A stretch of DNA of 47,887 bases. Source: an uncultured Candidatus Saccharibacteria bacterium (GTDB taxonomy: Bacteria; Patescibacteriota; Minisyncoccia; Phycocordibacterales; CAIZIN01). Of this stretch, positions 15,660-24,596 are shown in pieces. The number at the start of each line of letters is the position of its first letter. The stretch's first letter is position 1. Position numbers and translations under genes: made by a program. The notes under the pieces are model-generated. The model made no database searches, had not been told where the DNA came from, and saw only the letters and a program-made list of their open reading frames with translations. The stretch lies in assembly GCA_964483025.1 (NCBI GenBank), contig CAYZZT010000001.1:1-47887 (forward strand), given 5' to 3'.

Positions 15660-16394
15660 ATGGAAAAATTTGACCATGAGAATTACAGAGATAGTCTTGC
15701 TGAGGATTTAAAAAATGTTTCAAGTCATGCTGAAAGAAAAGATGCTTTACATAAAGAAAAAGAGGGATTTAGATACGGTGAAGCCAGAGAAAAACATTTA
15801 GAAGAAGTTGAAGTATATAAAACTTTAACCGAAGAAGCTGAAAGAAAATCTGAGTTGGTGGCAAAGAGTTTTTGGAATGGTATTTTGGGCGAGGATTTTG
15901 GTGTAAGATTTATAAAACAAGGTGCATGTAGTTGCTCTCTTGCTCGTCAAGTTGATGATGAAGCAAATATAGTAGAAAACTATGAAAAAGCAAAAAAAGA
16001 AAAACCTGACAGGTGGACGCAAGAAGAATATGAAACCAAACTTGCACAAGCGCTTGATTTCAATAGGAAACATAAAAAGTTTCAGGACAAAGTTTTAGAG
16101 GAACATCTAAAGGAGATAAAAGGAGGTGTGGGTTTTGGAAAGGAAGAATATCGATTAAAATTTATTGGCGAGCTTATTTCTAAAAAAATCGGAGAAAATT
16201 ATGAGAAATTATCTTACCTTTTGGGTAATAATTTAGATGATAGTTATTTTGCAAATAATGTGAAACAAATTGTGGAGGATAAGGATCTTAGTCAAACTTG
16301 TATAAGTTATTCTGGCTCAGTAGATCCAATATATAAGGCCCTAGTAAAGAAGGCTCTTGATGAAGAAAAACAACTAAAAAAACCTTTGGTATAA
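15660..16394 (+). CDS. hypothetical protein, 244 aa, K/E-rich
   Basis: ATG 15660 chosen, because the upstream part of the ORF reads through the G-tract motif. No family recognised. Confidence 0.55.
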   Translation: MEKFDHENYRDSLAEDLKNVSSHAERKDALHKEKEGFRYGEAREKHLEEVEVYKTLTEEAERKSELVAKSFWNGILGEDFGVRFIKQGACSCSLARQVDDEANIVENYEKAKKEKPDRWTQEEYETKLAQALDFNRKHKKFQDKVLEEHLKEIKGGVGFGKEEYRLKFIGELISKKIGENYEKLSYLLGNNLDDSYFANNVKQIVEDKDLSQTCISYSGSVDPIYKALVKKALDEEKQLKKPLV

Positions 16395-16401
16395 TTTAAC
16401 T

Positions 16402-16657
16402 AATTATAAAAAAACAAAAGAGCGAGTTTCCCGGAGGGAAACTCGCTATTTTGGTTTGTGGTTTTTTCAGACTGGATTCCCGTCTTCACGGGAATGACAA
16501 TACGGAATTCTGAATTCCAGTCTGCGTCGTCTGCGTACAGTCTGCGTAAGTCTGCGGGTCGTACTCGACCATTTATACGACCTTATCCACTATCCCATAC
16601 TTTTTTGCCTCGTCGGCACTCATGAAGAAGTCGCGGTCGGCGTCTTTTTTGATTTTT
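16402..16657 (+). repeat. about 255-bp direct repeat, copy 1 (terminator hairpin + MITE + clpP 3' fragment)
   Basis: Near-identical to 17903-18154, with a handful of substitutions. Confidence 0.85.
16573..16657 (-). pseudogene. clpP 3'-terminal fragment (last ~28 codons)
   Basis: Minus-strand translation [27 protein letters not shown]-stop matches the ClpP C-terminus ([27 protein letters not shown]). Four synonymous and one non-synonymous difference. No upstream coding continuation. Confidence 0.8.
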
Positions 16658-16776
16658 AAGGGGATAATTTGAACGATTTTATGGCTTAAAATATAGAAAA
16701 AGGGCATTATCCATCAATTCTGCACTTTAATCATGCAAAACTTGCGTAAATAAGTATACTTAGGTATACTATATCT

Positions 16777-17901
16777 ATGTATATAAACAGATACCCAAAA
16801 ATAGAGAACAAGATAGAGGCAGGGAAAGTCCTTGTTATTTATGGTGCTAGGCAAGTAGGGAAATCTTCTCTTGTAAAAAAATATCTAGAAAGTGTGAATG
16901 AAAAATATTTATTTTTTAACGGAGAAGATGTGAATGTTTCTGCAATTTTTTCCTCGATGAATTTAAAGCTATTAAATGAGTCTATTGGAAATGTTAACTT
17001 AATCGTGTTAGATGAGGCACAGGTGATACCAAATGTTGGGACATCGCTTAAGCTCCTTGTTGATACAAAACCGGATTTGAAAATAATTGTAACTGGGTCA
17101 TCCTCGTTTGAACTTTCTGGGCAAGTGGGTGAGCCGTTAGTTGGAAGAATGAATGTTATAACGCTGTTTTCGCTTTGGGAAAAAGAAATAATGGATGCAG
17201 GCCTAGATAACTATATTGATAATATTGACTTTGCTTTACGTTTTGGTAGGTATCCAGCAGTTGTTAAAACTCAAGTTGTGGAGAATAAAAAAGAAATACT
17301 TACAAATATTGTAAATGGTTATTTGCTCAAAGATATTCTGGCTTTTGAAAGAGTAAAAAATTCAAAACTGATTTTAGATTTACTGAAACTACTTGCGTAT
17401 CAAGTTGGGGGTGAAGTATCAATTCAAGAGGTAGCAATCAAGTTATCTGTAAGTCGAAATATAATAAATAGGTTTTTGAATTTACTGGAGCAGAATTTTA
17501 TTATTTTTCCGCTTCGCTCGTATTCAAAAAATTTAAGGAGTGAAATACGGAAAAAAGAGAAATATTATTTTTACGATCTTGGAATTCGGAATGCCTTGAT
17601 AGAAAATTTCGATTCGATTGATGTGCGAGATGATATCGGAGCGCTGTGGGAGAATTTTTTACTGATTGAAAGAATTAAGAGAAATAATTATATTGAGCCA
17701 TATAAGTCAATATATTTTTGGAGGAAATCTACCGGAGCAGAAGTAGATTTTGTGGAGATTTATAGTGATAAAATGAATGGCTTTGAGTTTTCATATAAAG
17801 AAAAAAATAAGAAGAAATCTAAAAAATCTTGGCTGGATGATTATCCAAAAGCAACATGGAAAAATATTTTCAAAGAAAATTTTAGAGAGTTTGTTTTATA
17901 G
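16777..17901 (+). CDS. AAA+ ATPase, AAA_14/DUF4143-type
   Basis: Walker A GARQVGKSSL, Walker B VLDEAQ. The C-terminal part is typical of the DUF4143 family. TATACT 6 nt upstream of the ATG. Confidence 0.75.
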   Translation: MYINRYPKIENKIEAGKVLVIYGARQVGKSSLVKKYLESVNEKYLFFNGEDVNVSAIFSSMNLKLLNESIGNVNLIVLDEAQVIPNVGTSLKLLVDTKPDLKIIVTGSSSFELSGQVGEPLVGRMNVITLFSLWEKEIMDAGLDNYIDNIDFALRFGRYPAVVKTQVVENKKEILTNIVNGYLLKDILAFERVKNSKLILDLLKLLAYQVGGEVSIQEVAIKLSVSRNIINRFLNLLEQNFIIFPLRSYSKNLRSEIRKKEKYYFYDLGIRNALIENFDSIDVRDDIGALWENFLLIERIKRNNYIEPYKSIYFWRKSTGAEVDFVEIYSDKMNGFEFSYKEKNKKKSKKSWLDDYPKATWKNIFKENFREFVL

Positions 17902-17902
17902 A

Positions 17903-18154
17903 ATTATAAAACAAAAGAGCGAGTTTCCTGAAAGGAAACTCGCTATTTTGGTTTGTGGTTTTTTCAGACTGGATTCCCGTCTTCACGGGAATGACAATAC
18001 GGAATTCTGAATTCCAGTCTGCGTCGTCTGCGTACAGTCTGCGTAAGTCTGCGGGTCGTACTCGACCATTTACACCACTTTATCCACAATCCCATACTTC
18101 TTTGCCTCGTCGGCACTCATGAAGAAGTCGCGGTCGGCGTCTTTTTCGATTTTT
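17903..18154 (+). repeat. about 255-bp direct repeat, copy 2 (overlaps the true clpP 3' end)
   Basis: See copy 1. Confidence 0.85.
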
Positions 18155-18663
18155 GAAAGTGTTTGGCCGGTATTTTTTGCGAGCATTTTATTTAATGTTT
18201 CTCGAGTTTTGATTATGTGCTTTGCATTGATTTCAATATCAGAAGCTTGACCCTCTGTTCCACCAAGTGGCTGATGAATCATAACTTCAGAGTTTGGAAG
18301 TGCAAATCTTTTGCCTTTTTTACCTGAGGAGAGAATAACTGCTCCCATTGAAGCAGCGATTCCTACGCAGACAGTAGAAACATCATTTTTGATATTGTTC
18401 ATAGTGTCGACAATAGCGAGGCCTGCTGTCACATGTCCTCCGGGAGAGTTTACATACATTGTAATATCTTTCTTTGGGTCCTCAGATTGAAGGAAAAGAA
18501 GTTGTGCAATAATAATATTTGCTACATCATCGTTTATTGCTCCTCCCAAAAAGATAATGTTTTCTTTAAGTAGACGTGAATAAATATCATAGGCTCGTTC
18601 GCCTAGCGGGGACTTCTCGATTACAGTGGGAATTAAATATGATGCTTTTGGTTCATTTTTCAT
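18070..18663 (-). CDS. clpP: ATP-dependent Clp protease proteolytic subunit
   Basis: [14 protein letters not shown] (Ser), MIHQPLGG (His), DRDFFMSA (Asp). Start at ATG 18663, supported by TGtTATTGT 6 nt upstream. Confidence 0.9.
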   Translation of the reverse strand: MKNEPKASYLIPTVIEKSPLGERAYDIYSRLLKENIIFLGGAINDDVANIIIAQLLFLQSEDPKKDITMYVNSPGGHVTAGLAIVDTMNNIKNDVSTVCVGIAASMGAVILSSGKKGKRFALPNSEVMIHQPLGGTEGQASDIEINAKHIIKTRETLNKMLAKNTGQTLSKIEKDADRDFFMSADEAKKYGIVDKVV

Positions 18664-18855
18664 GCTTCCACAATACAACGAAAAGAGTTTTTAAGCAATA
18701 TGCTCGACTTTTTAGTTCGACTATGCTGTAATACAGCAAATACAGTCCTTTGAACCTCCTTTTTTCATTTCAGGCAACAAAATCGACTTTGTCGATTTTG
18801 TTCCCTGAAATGAAGCTTTATTGCTGAATATGAAGTAAAAAAGAAAGGAAATACT

Positions 18856-19275
18856 ATGAATGATATTAAAACTGCTATGTTGGCTCTCATTGTGATTGCC
18901 GTTGTCGTTTGGGTTATCTGGGCCGATACCAGAAAACCCACGAAGCCCGCCCCAAAATACCTACCCGGATTTAGTGACGAGGATATCGAGGCTCTCCGCC
19001 GGAAAAATGACTTGTTTCATCATTTTCCGATTAGGGAACGCGAATGGCAAACTCTCAATACTGATGAGCTTCTGCAGGTGTTTCTTGCGGTACTTGATGT
19101 TCAATGTAGGAGACATGCTAAAGAGAAACATTTTTCTCCATCGCATATTCTTTTCGAAATGTCGGCTGAGTGCAAACATCTCATCCAGTGGACAATTGGG
19201 AATATTGAGCAAGGGCTCGTTTACGAGAATATGACCAAAAAAGCAAGAGAAGTTGCTAGTCGGCTTTATCGATAA
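18856..19275 (+). CDS. membrane-anchored hypothetical protein, 139 aa (paralog of 19431 ORF)
   Basis: N-terminal TM helix. Shared blocks with the 19431 ORF (N[DN]LF...REW.TL, HIL...EC..L..W). Terminator 19295-19322. Confidence 0.6.
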   Translation: MNDIKTAMLALIVIAVVVWVIWADTRKPTKPAPKYLPGFSDEDIEALRRKNDLFHHFPIREREWQTLNTDELLQVFLAVLDVQCRRHAKEKHFSPSHILFEMSAECKHLIQWTIGNIEQGLVYENMTKKAREVASRLYR

Positions 19276-19430
19276 GTCTACAAACCGCCACAATGACCGT
19301 AAACAGATGTTTACGGTTTTTTAATAGTTGTCTTTTTTTATTGAATATGATGTAATACGTGGGAATAAGGTTCTTTATATGAAAAGCACAGTGCTTTACT
19401 AAAGGGGGCCCAATAAACAGAAAGGTTGTT

Positions 19431-19889
19431 ATGAATTTTTTATCAAAAGAAGCCATTTTGGTGATTGTTGCTGTTATTATTCCATTCTCTTTCCTGCTTC
19501 GTGGATTGATAATGAAAAGGGCAAGAAGAATAAAAAAATCCTCTAATGCTCTCAATGATGATGAAATTGAGAAAATTAGCAGGATGAATAATCTCTTTGA
19601 GGATATGCCTCCTGAAAATGGGAGGGAGTGGTGGACCCTCGAGGTATCACAGCTGGTCGATGTATGTGTAAATGCAACATGGTCTATTCATAGGTCGGGT
19701 ATTTATTCTATGAAACATATCCTTATAAATATTGCCGAAAGATGTGAAGACTTGGCAGATTGGATGAGGGGGCAGGCAACTCAGCCATTATATATAAACT
19801 CAGATATGTCTAATATGGTTCAAAAGCCAATGGCAGTTGCTCGAATATTGCGTGATCTTGCTTCAAGAGCTGAAACTGAAAATGCTTGA
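19431..19889 (+). CDS. membrane-anchored hypothetical protein, 152 aa (paralog of 18856 ORF)
   Basis: N-terminal TM helix plus the shared blocks. Terminator 19897-19928. Confidence 0.6.
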   Translation: MNFLSKEAILVIVAVIIPFSFLLRGLIMKRARRIKKSSNALNDDEIEKISRMNNLFEDMPPENGREWWTLEVSQLVDVCVNATWSIHRSGIYSMKHILINIAERCEDLADWMRGQATQPLYINSDMSNMVQKPMAVARILRDLASRAETENA

Positions 19890-20064
19890 TTTTCAAATCG
19901 TGAATTCAAAAGATTCACGGTTTTTTTATTCGCACACTAACTCTGGCTTTGCGCATGTTTTGCCATAAATTATGTTTTAACAGCTATACATTTTATTCGT
20001 TTTCTCTATATAATGCGGTCTACTTTCTTACGCAAAACGAAGCCAGATTTAGTGTGCGGATGAA

Positions 20065-20092
20065 TTGACAATGTAGCTACAACGTATATACT
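20065..20092 (+). promoter_or_regulatory. sigma70-type promoter of the dinJ-yafQ locus (leaderless geometry)
   Basis: TTGACA 20065-20070, 16-nt spacer, TATACT 20087-20092. ATG at 20100, 7 nt after the -10 box. Confidence 0.6.
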
Positions 20093-20099
20093 TATATAT

Positions 20100-20381
20100 A
20101 TGGCATCAACAACAATACAAATTAGAATAGATTCAAAAGTGAAGAAGGAAGCAAAAAAAGTTTTTGCGGATCTTGGCTTAGATATTTCTTCTGCCACAAA
20201 GCTTTTCTATAAGAAAGCGATGGTTACAAGATCTATACCTTTTGAAATATGTACAGAAAATGGTTTTACTATCAAGCAAGAAAGAGAAATGATTAAGGAA
20301 GCTGAATGGGCAAAAAAACATGGGGAAAAATATACCTCAGTTAAAAAAATGCTAGATGATATCTTAGGGCAGTCAAAATAA
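20100..20381 (+). CDS. dinJ: RelB/DinJ family antitoxin
   Basis: TIQIRIDSKVKKEAKKVFADLGLDISSATKLFYK ribbon-helix-helix signature typical of DinJ. Confidence 0.8.
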   Translation: MASTTIQIRIDSKVKKEAKKVFADLGLDISSATKLFYKKAMVTRSIPFEICTENGFTIKQEREMIKEAEWAKKHGEKYTSVKKMLDDILGQSK

Positions 20382-20384
20382 TAT

Positions 20385-20663
20385 ATGTATTATATTTTTT
20401 ATTCAAAAAAATTTAGTAAGTCTCTTAAAAGATTAGTCAGAGCAAGGAGAATTGAAAGGGGAGAAATTGAGCTTGTACTTGAGAATATAGCATCAAGAAA
20501 AATTTTAGATAAAAAATATAAAGATCATCAACTTAGTGGAAATATGTAGGAATATAGAGAGTGTCACGTACGAAATGATATGCTTTTGCAATATGAAATT
20601 GTGAAGAATGAACTTACTGTAATTGCAATTGATGTCGGGAGTCATTCGGAACTATTTGGTTAG
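20385..20663 (+). pseudogene. yafQ: YafQ/RelE-type toxin interrupted by in-frame TAG
   Basis: My translation: MYYIFYSKKF...KDHQLSGNM-stop(TAG 20547-20549)-EYRECHVRNDMLLQYEIVKNELTVIAIDVGSHSELFG. The H.L.G....RE.H...D.LL.Y....GSHSELF pattern matches the YafQ family. Confidence 0.75.
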
Positions 20664-20671
20664 GAAATATT

Positions 20672-21367
20672 ATGAAACTACAAAGATTTTTTATAAAACA
20701 GGAATTAAAGGAGGGGAATGAGGTAAATATCAATGATGTAGATTTTGTGCATCAGATTTTTCATGTGTTTAGAAAGAAAGTGGGGGATGAGGTTGTTCTT
20801 TTAGATAATTCAGGATTTGAATTTTTGGCCGAAATTGTATCTTTAAATAAGAAAGAGGTTAGTTTGAGAATCTTAAATAAAAAAAAGGTTTTAAATATTT
20901 GTAAGAACGAAGTGGTTCTTTTTGCTTCGTTAATTAAAAAAGATAAATTTGAATGGGTTTTGGAAAAGTGCACCGAGCTTGGTGTTTCGAAATTTGTTCC
21001 CGTTATTTCAGAAAGAAGTGAAAAGAAGGGTTTGAATATTGAAAGAGCAAGGAAAATAATTAAAGAGGCGAGCGAACAATCGGAAAGGGGAATAATGTCG
21101 GAAATTTGTGAACCCATTACTTTAGAAAGTGCTTTAAAAGATTTGAGTGGTGAAGCGATCGCTTTACATTTAACTGGAGAAATATTTAATACTGAGAAAT
21201 TAAAATCCTCCAAAAAATTAGGGTTGTTTATTGGCCCCGAAGGTGGTTGGGGAGAGAAAGATATTGAATTGTTTAAGAAAAATAATATTCCTTTAATTAC
21301 TCTCGGTTCACAAGTCCTTCGCGCAGAAACGGCAAGTGTGGCGGGGTGTGCAAAATTACTGCTGTAG
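20672..21367 (+). CDS. rsmE: 16S rRNA (uracil1498-N3)-methyltransferase
   Basis: RFF N-terminus, SPOUT C-terminal motif IGPEGGW...E, 231 aa. Confidence 0.85.
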   Translation: MKLQRFFIKQELKEGNEVNINDVDFVHQIFHVFRKKVGDEVVLLDNSGFEFLAEIVSLNKKEVSLRILNKKKVLNICKNEVVLFASLIKKDKFEWVLEKCTELGVSKFVPVISERSEKKGLNIERARKIIKEASEQSERGIMSEICEPITLESALKDLSGEAIALHLTGEIFNTEKLKSSKKLGLFIGPEGGWGEKDIELFKKNNIPLITLGSQVLRAETASVAGCAKLLL

Positions 21368-21465
21368 TTTGTAGGCTAAAACAATTGAGTACAATTGTTC
21401 GCCCGAACTTTTGTACTCAAAAGTTTTAGGGAGAAGAAAACTTCTGCAAAGATTGCAGAAGTTGG

Positions 21466-21675
21466 CTAACTCACTTTGAGTATGAAGCCTTGGGGAAGAT
21501 CATTGGGGTTTAACCCGATGATTTTTCTTGTGCCACTGATTTGATACCACACGAGTCTTTTTTCATTATCAAGAGGCAAAACCTCCCTCACTCTGTAGTT
21601 TCCCTTTGGAATAGTACCAATAGAGCGTAATCCACCATTAAAAACAACAGCTGTTTTGTCGATTTCCAGTGTCAT
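21466..21675 (-). CDS. hypothetical protein, 69 aa
   Basis: SD aaggag about 10 nt upstream of the ATG. More G+C-rich. No family recognised. Confidence 0.5.
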   Translation of the reverse strand: MTLEIDKTAVVFNGGLRSIGTIPKGNYRVREVLPLDNEKRLVWYQISGTRKIIGLNPNDLPQGFILKVS

Positions 21676-21822
21676 ATTTTAGGAGCTCCTTCTAAGTACT
21701 TAGTATAGCACAGAGGGGTAGAATTATGAAGTAAGAATTATGAATTAAGAATGGATTTAAAATACAATAAAATACCGCGCTGTAGGCGCCGTATTTTATT
21801 CCTAATTCTTAATTCCTAATTC

Positions 21823-22875
21823 TTAATTCTGCTCTAAGAACTTAAACACTTCCTCATTTGTGAGCATATGTTCCACATAAACTTTTGCACGAAGTGGGTC
21901 GAGGTCGGCATACATTGCTAGAAGTTGTCCTGCTTGAGATTCTACTTCTTCTTTGTTTGGCTCTAATTTTTCTTTGATTGCAATTTCTGCAAGAACGACA
22001 TTCATTTTTGCTCTTTTTTCTGCTTCACCTCTCCACTCTTTTCGTAAATCTTCTTCAGTCTTTTTAATGCTTGCTAGATAATCTTCAGGCTTCATTCCGT
22101 ATTGAGCAAGGTCACCTTTAAATTGGTTTACAAGTTTATCTTGCTCACTTTCCACAAGTACTGATGGAATTACTAGTTTTGATTTCTCAATAATTTTTTC
22201 AACAATAGCGAGTCGTACTTTTTGTTTTTCTTTTAGTTTTTTCTCATTAAGAATATTTTCTTTTAGTTTTATTTTAAAATCAGAAACATTCGCAAAATCT
22301 CCAAGAGTTTTTACAAACTCATCATTAACTTCAGGTAGCACCATATCTTTTTCATCTCCTTCTGTGTGGGGGGTACCTTGTTTGTGCATTTCTTCATGCG
22401 CACGGTGTTTACGAATTTCTTCCATTGTTTCTTCAATTTCTTTTTCTTCGACAGCTACCTCCTTTTTAGTTTTTCCTACTTCTTTTGCAATTTCTTTATA
22501 ATCGGGGAGTTCGGCTTTTGGCATTAAGGCCACTTTTACCTTAAATACTAATGGGTTTCCTTCGGCTAGTTTTACAATAGAAACATCCGGGTGGCCGATT
22601 GTGTTTAACTTGTGTTCCTCGAGGAGTTTTCCATATGTTTCGTCGATAATTATTTCTGCCCCTTCACCAAGAATGTATATTTCTCCAAATTTTTCTACGA
22701 TCATTTTTTCAGGAGCATTTCCTTTGCGAAAACCATCTAAAGTGATGTTTTTTTGTATTTCAATGAAGGCTTTTGCACGAGCCTTTTGTAATTCCTCCCA
22801 AGACACTTCCACTTCTAAAACAGCTTCCGAAGAGTCTTCTAATAGTTCTAATTTTGATGTGTATTCGTATGTCAT
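21823..22875 (-). CDS. tig: trigger factor lacking the PPIase domain
   Basis: N-terminal ribosome-binding signature GFRKGNAP and a C-terminal chaperone arm region. 350 aa. FKBP domain replaced by a short H/E-rich linker. Confidence 0.8.
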   Translation of the reverse strand: MTYEYTSKLELLEDSSEAVLEVEVSWEELQKARAKAFIEIQKNITLDGFRKGNAPEKMIVEKFGEIYILGEGAEIIIDETYGKLLEEHKLNTIGHPDVSIVKLAEGNPLVFKVKVALMPKAELPDYKEIAKEVGKTKKEVAVEEKEIEETMEEIRKHRAHEEMHKQGTPHTEGDEKDMVLPEVNDEFVKTLGDFANVSDFKIKLKENILNEKKLKEKQKVRLAIVEKIIEKSKLVIPSVLVESEQDKLVNQFKGDLAQYGMKPEDYLASIKKTEEDLRKEWRGEAEKRAKMNVVLAEIAIKEKLEPNKEEVESQAGQLLAMYADLDPLRAKVYVEHMLTNEEVFKFLEQN

Positions 22876-23026
22876 ATGGAAGCGAGTTTAGCAGAAAAAT
22901 GTTTGATAGTCTATAGTCTTTAGTTATTAGTTTGTAGTAAAAGCAAAAGAGCGAGTTTCCCGAAGGGAAACTCGCTCTTTTGGTTTGTAACTAGTTACTT
23001 GTTATATGTTATGAGTTATAAGTTCT

Positions 23027-23266
23027 CTAGATGTTTTTCAACCCTGCCTCCACATCCCTCAAATCCTGTGTATTGTTGAGGTCGGCGCTTATTGAATCTA
23101 TCGTATCGTTTACGGGGCCTGTATTTTCTACTACCTCTGTTGTTACTGGTACAAGAGGACTTTTTTCTTCCAATGTTTTACCCCAGAAATATAGCGCACC
23201 GACAATTAGTACTAGAATTATAATGATTGATGCTACTACTGCCCCATATGATTTTGGTTGTTCCAT
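23027..23266 (-). CDS. small membrane-anchored protein, 79 aa
   Basis: TM helix AVVASIIIILVLIVGALYFW. ORF evidence only. Confidence 0.45.
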   Translation of the reverse strand: MEQPKSYGAVVASIIIILVLIVGALYFWGKTLEEKSPLVPVTTEVVENTGPVNDTIDSISADLNNTQDLRDVEAGLKNI

Positions 23267-23391
23267 AAATGTTTTTTCTCAATTTTTAATTTTATAATTT
23301 TTAATTTTTAAATAATTTTTTAATTTTATAATTTAAAAATTCAAATGTAACCTATTTAATGTTATGTGTTCTATGTTATGTGTTACGTGAC

Positions 23392-24135
23392 CTATGGGGT
23401 TGTTGTCGTTGCTGTGCTTGTTGCGTTATCTTTATCTGTTTTGTTTCGACCTGGTTTTAAGTTTTCAATTACTTTAACATATGCTTCGTGAGCCGATTTT
23501 ACATAAGCATTTGCCTCTGTTGTTTTTGCTTTAATTGTATTTTTTGTTGTTGTACTTATATTTGTTGCAAGTATTGCTTGTAGGGAAGTGTTTAGAGCTG
23601 TAACTTTTTCTGTTGCAGTTGTTAACTTTGCTTTTGCTTCTAGAAGAAGCGCATCAGATGTGCTTGTATCTATGTTTCTTGATTTTAGTTTTGCAATATG
23701 AGCTACAAGTCTTGTGTCGACTTTTGTAATTCGGTCTATTGCATCTGAAAGACGGTCATTTACCTTTGCAATTTGATTTGCAATTCCTGTTTTAAATTTT
23801 TCTTCAAGTCTTATCCTTCGTGCCTCTGTACTTGAGGCTCTTTTTTCCTCCCTTTCTTGAATTCTTATTGTGCCTGAAGCTATTCTATTCTCACGATTCT
23901 CGAGTCTATCTTCAATTTTTCTTGTTGTAGAGGCCATTTTTAATCTTTGCTCCTCTACTCGCTCTTTTTGATCCTCAAGTTTGATTTTCTGTTCATCTAT
24001 TTTTTCCTTCTTAGGGCCAAAAATTTTACTCCATAACCCACCTCCAGAATTTGATTCTGTTTGTGCTAAAGCCACATTTACTCCTAGCAAAGTGACAATT
24101 ATTGTGAAAACAGTTAAATAATGTATTTTTTTCAT
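23392..24135 (-). CDS. secreted coiled-coil protein, 247 aa
   Basis: Signal-like N-terminus MKKIHYLTVFTIIVTLLGVNVALAQ. Heptad-like K/E/R-rich body and a T-rich tail. Confidence 0.6.
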   Translation of the reverse strand: MKKIHYLTVFTIIVTLLGVNVALAQTESNSGGGLWSKIFGPKKEKIDEQKIKLEDQKERVEEQRLKMASTTRKIEDRLENRENRIASGTIRIQEREEKRASSTEARRIRLEEKFKTGIANQIAKVNDRLSDAIDRITKVDTRLVAHIAKLKSRNIDTSTSDALLLEAKAKLTTATEKVTALNTSLQAILATNISTTTKNTIKAKTTEANAYVKSAHEAYVKVIENLKPGRNKTDKDNATSTATTTTP

Positions 24136-24206
24136 AATGCTTTATCTCGACACGAATTTACAAACGAAGTGGAATGATATTATTGGGATTCTAAATTCTC
24201 TCGTAT

Positions 24207-24310
24207 TGTCATTCCTGCGAAGGCAGGAATCCAGTCCGGAGAAATTCAAAATCCTGTATTAAATGCAAATACATTTTCAGACTGGATTCCTGCCTTCGCA
24301 GGAATGACAG
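24207..24310. repeat. MITE-like element (two inverted hairpin modules)
   Basis: tgtcattcctgcgaaggcaggaatccagtcc ... cagactggattcctgccttcgcaggaatgacag. Confidence 0.75.
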
Positions 24311-24458
24311 AAGTGATGTTTAGCATTTATTTGCGTCATTCGCTACGCCCATTCGTATATTTGTGTCGTGTTATTGTATTAATATTAAATCCTCGCGTCT
24401 GAGGATGTACTTTATTATATCACTCTAATATTTTAATACATCCACATTTTATAAATAC

Positions 24459-24489
24459 CAAAAAACGCCTAAAATTAGGCGTTTTTTGG
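24459..24489. terminator. bidirectional intrinsic terminator downstream of nusA
   Basis: aaaaaacgcct-aaaatt-aggcgtttttt. Confidence 0.7.
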
Positions 24490-24596
24490 TGATTTTTATT
24501 TTTTTATTCCAACAAACGAGGAGCGTGTGAACAAGTAATCTTGTTCACAACGTCCGAGTGTAGTTGTGAACAAAAGGTTAATACCTTTTATTTTTC

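Noticed and set aside
20547-20549. In-frame TAG in the YafQ-like gene as evidence for stop-codon reassignment (alternative genetic code)
   Set aside because: TAG terminates several confident genes (pilB, recJ, tpiA). TGA terminates comM and TAA terminates many others. All long housekeeping ORFs are intact under the standard code.
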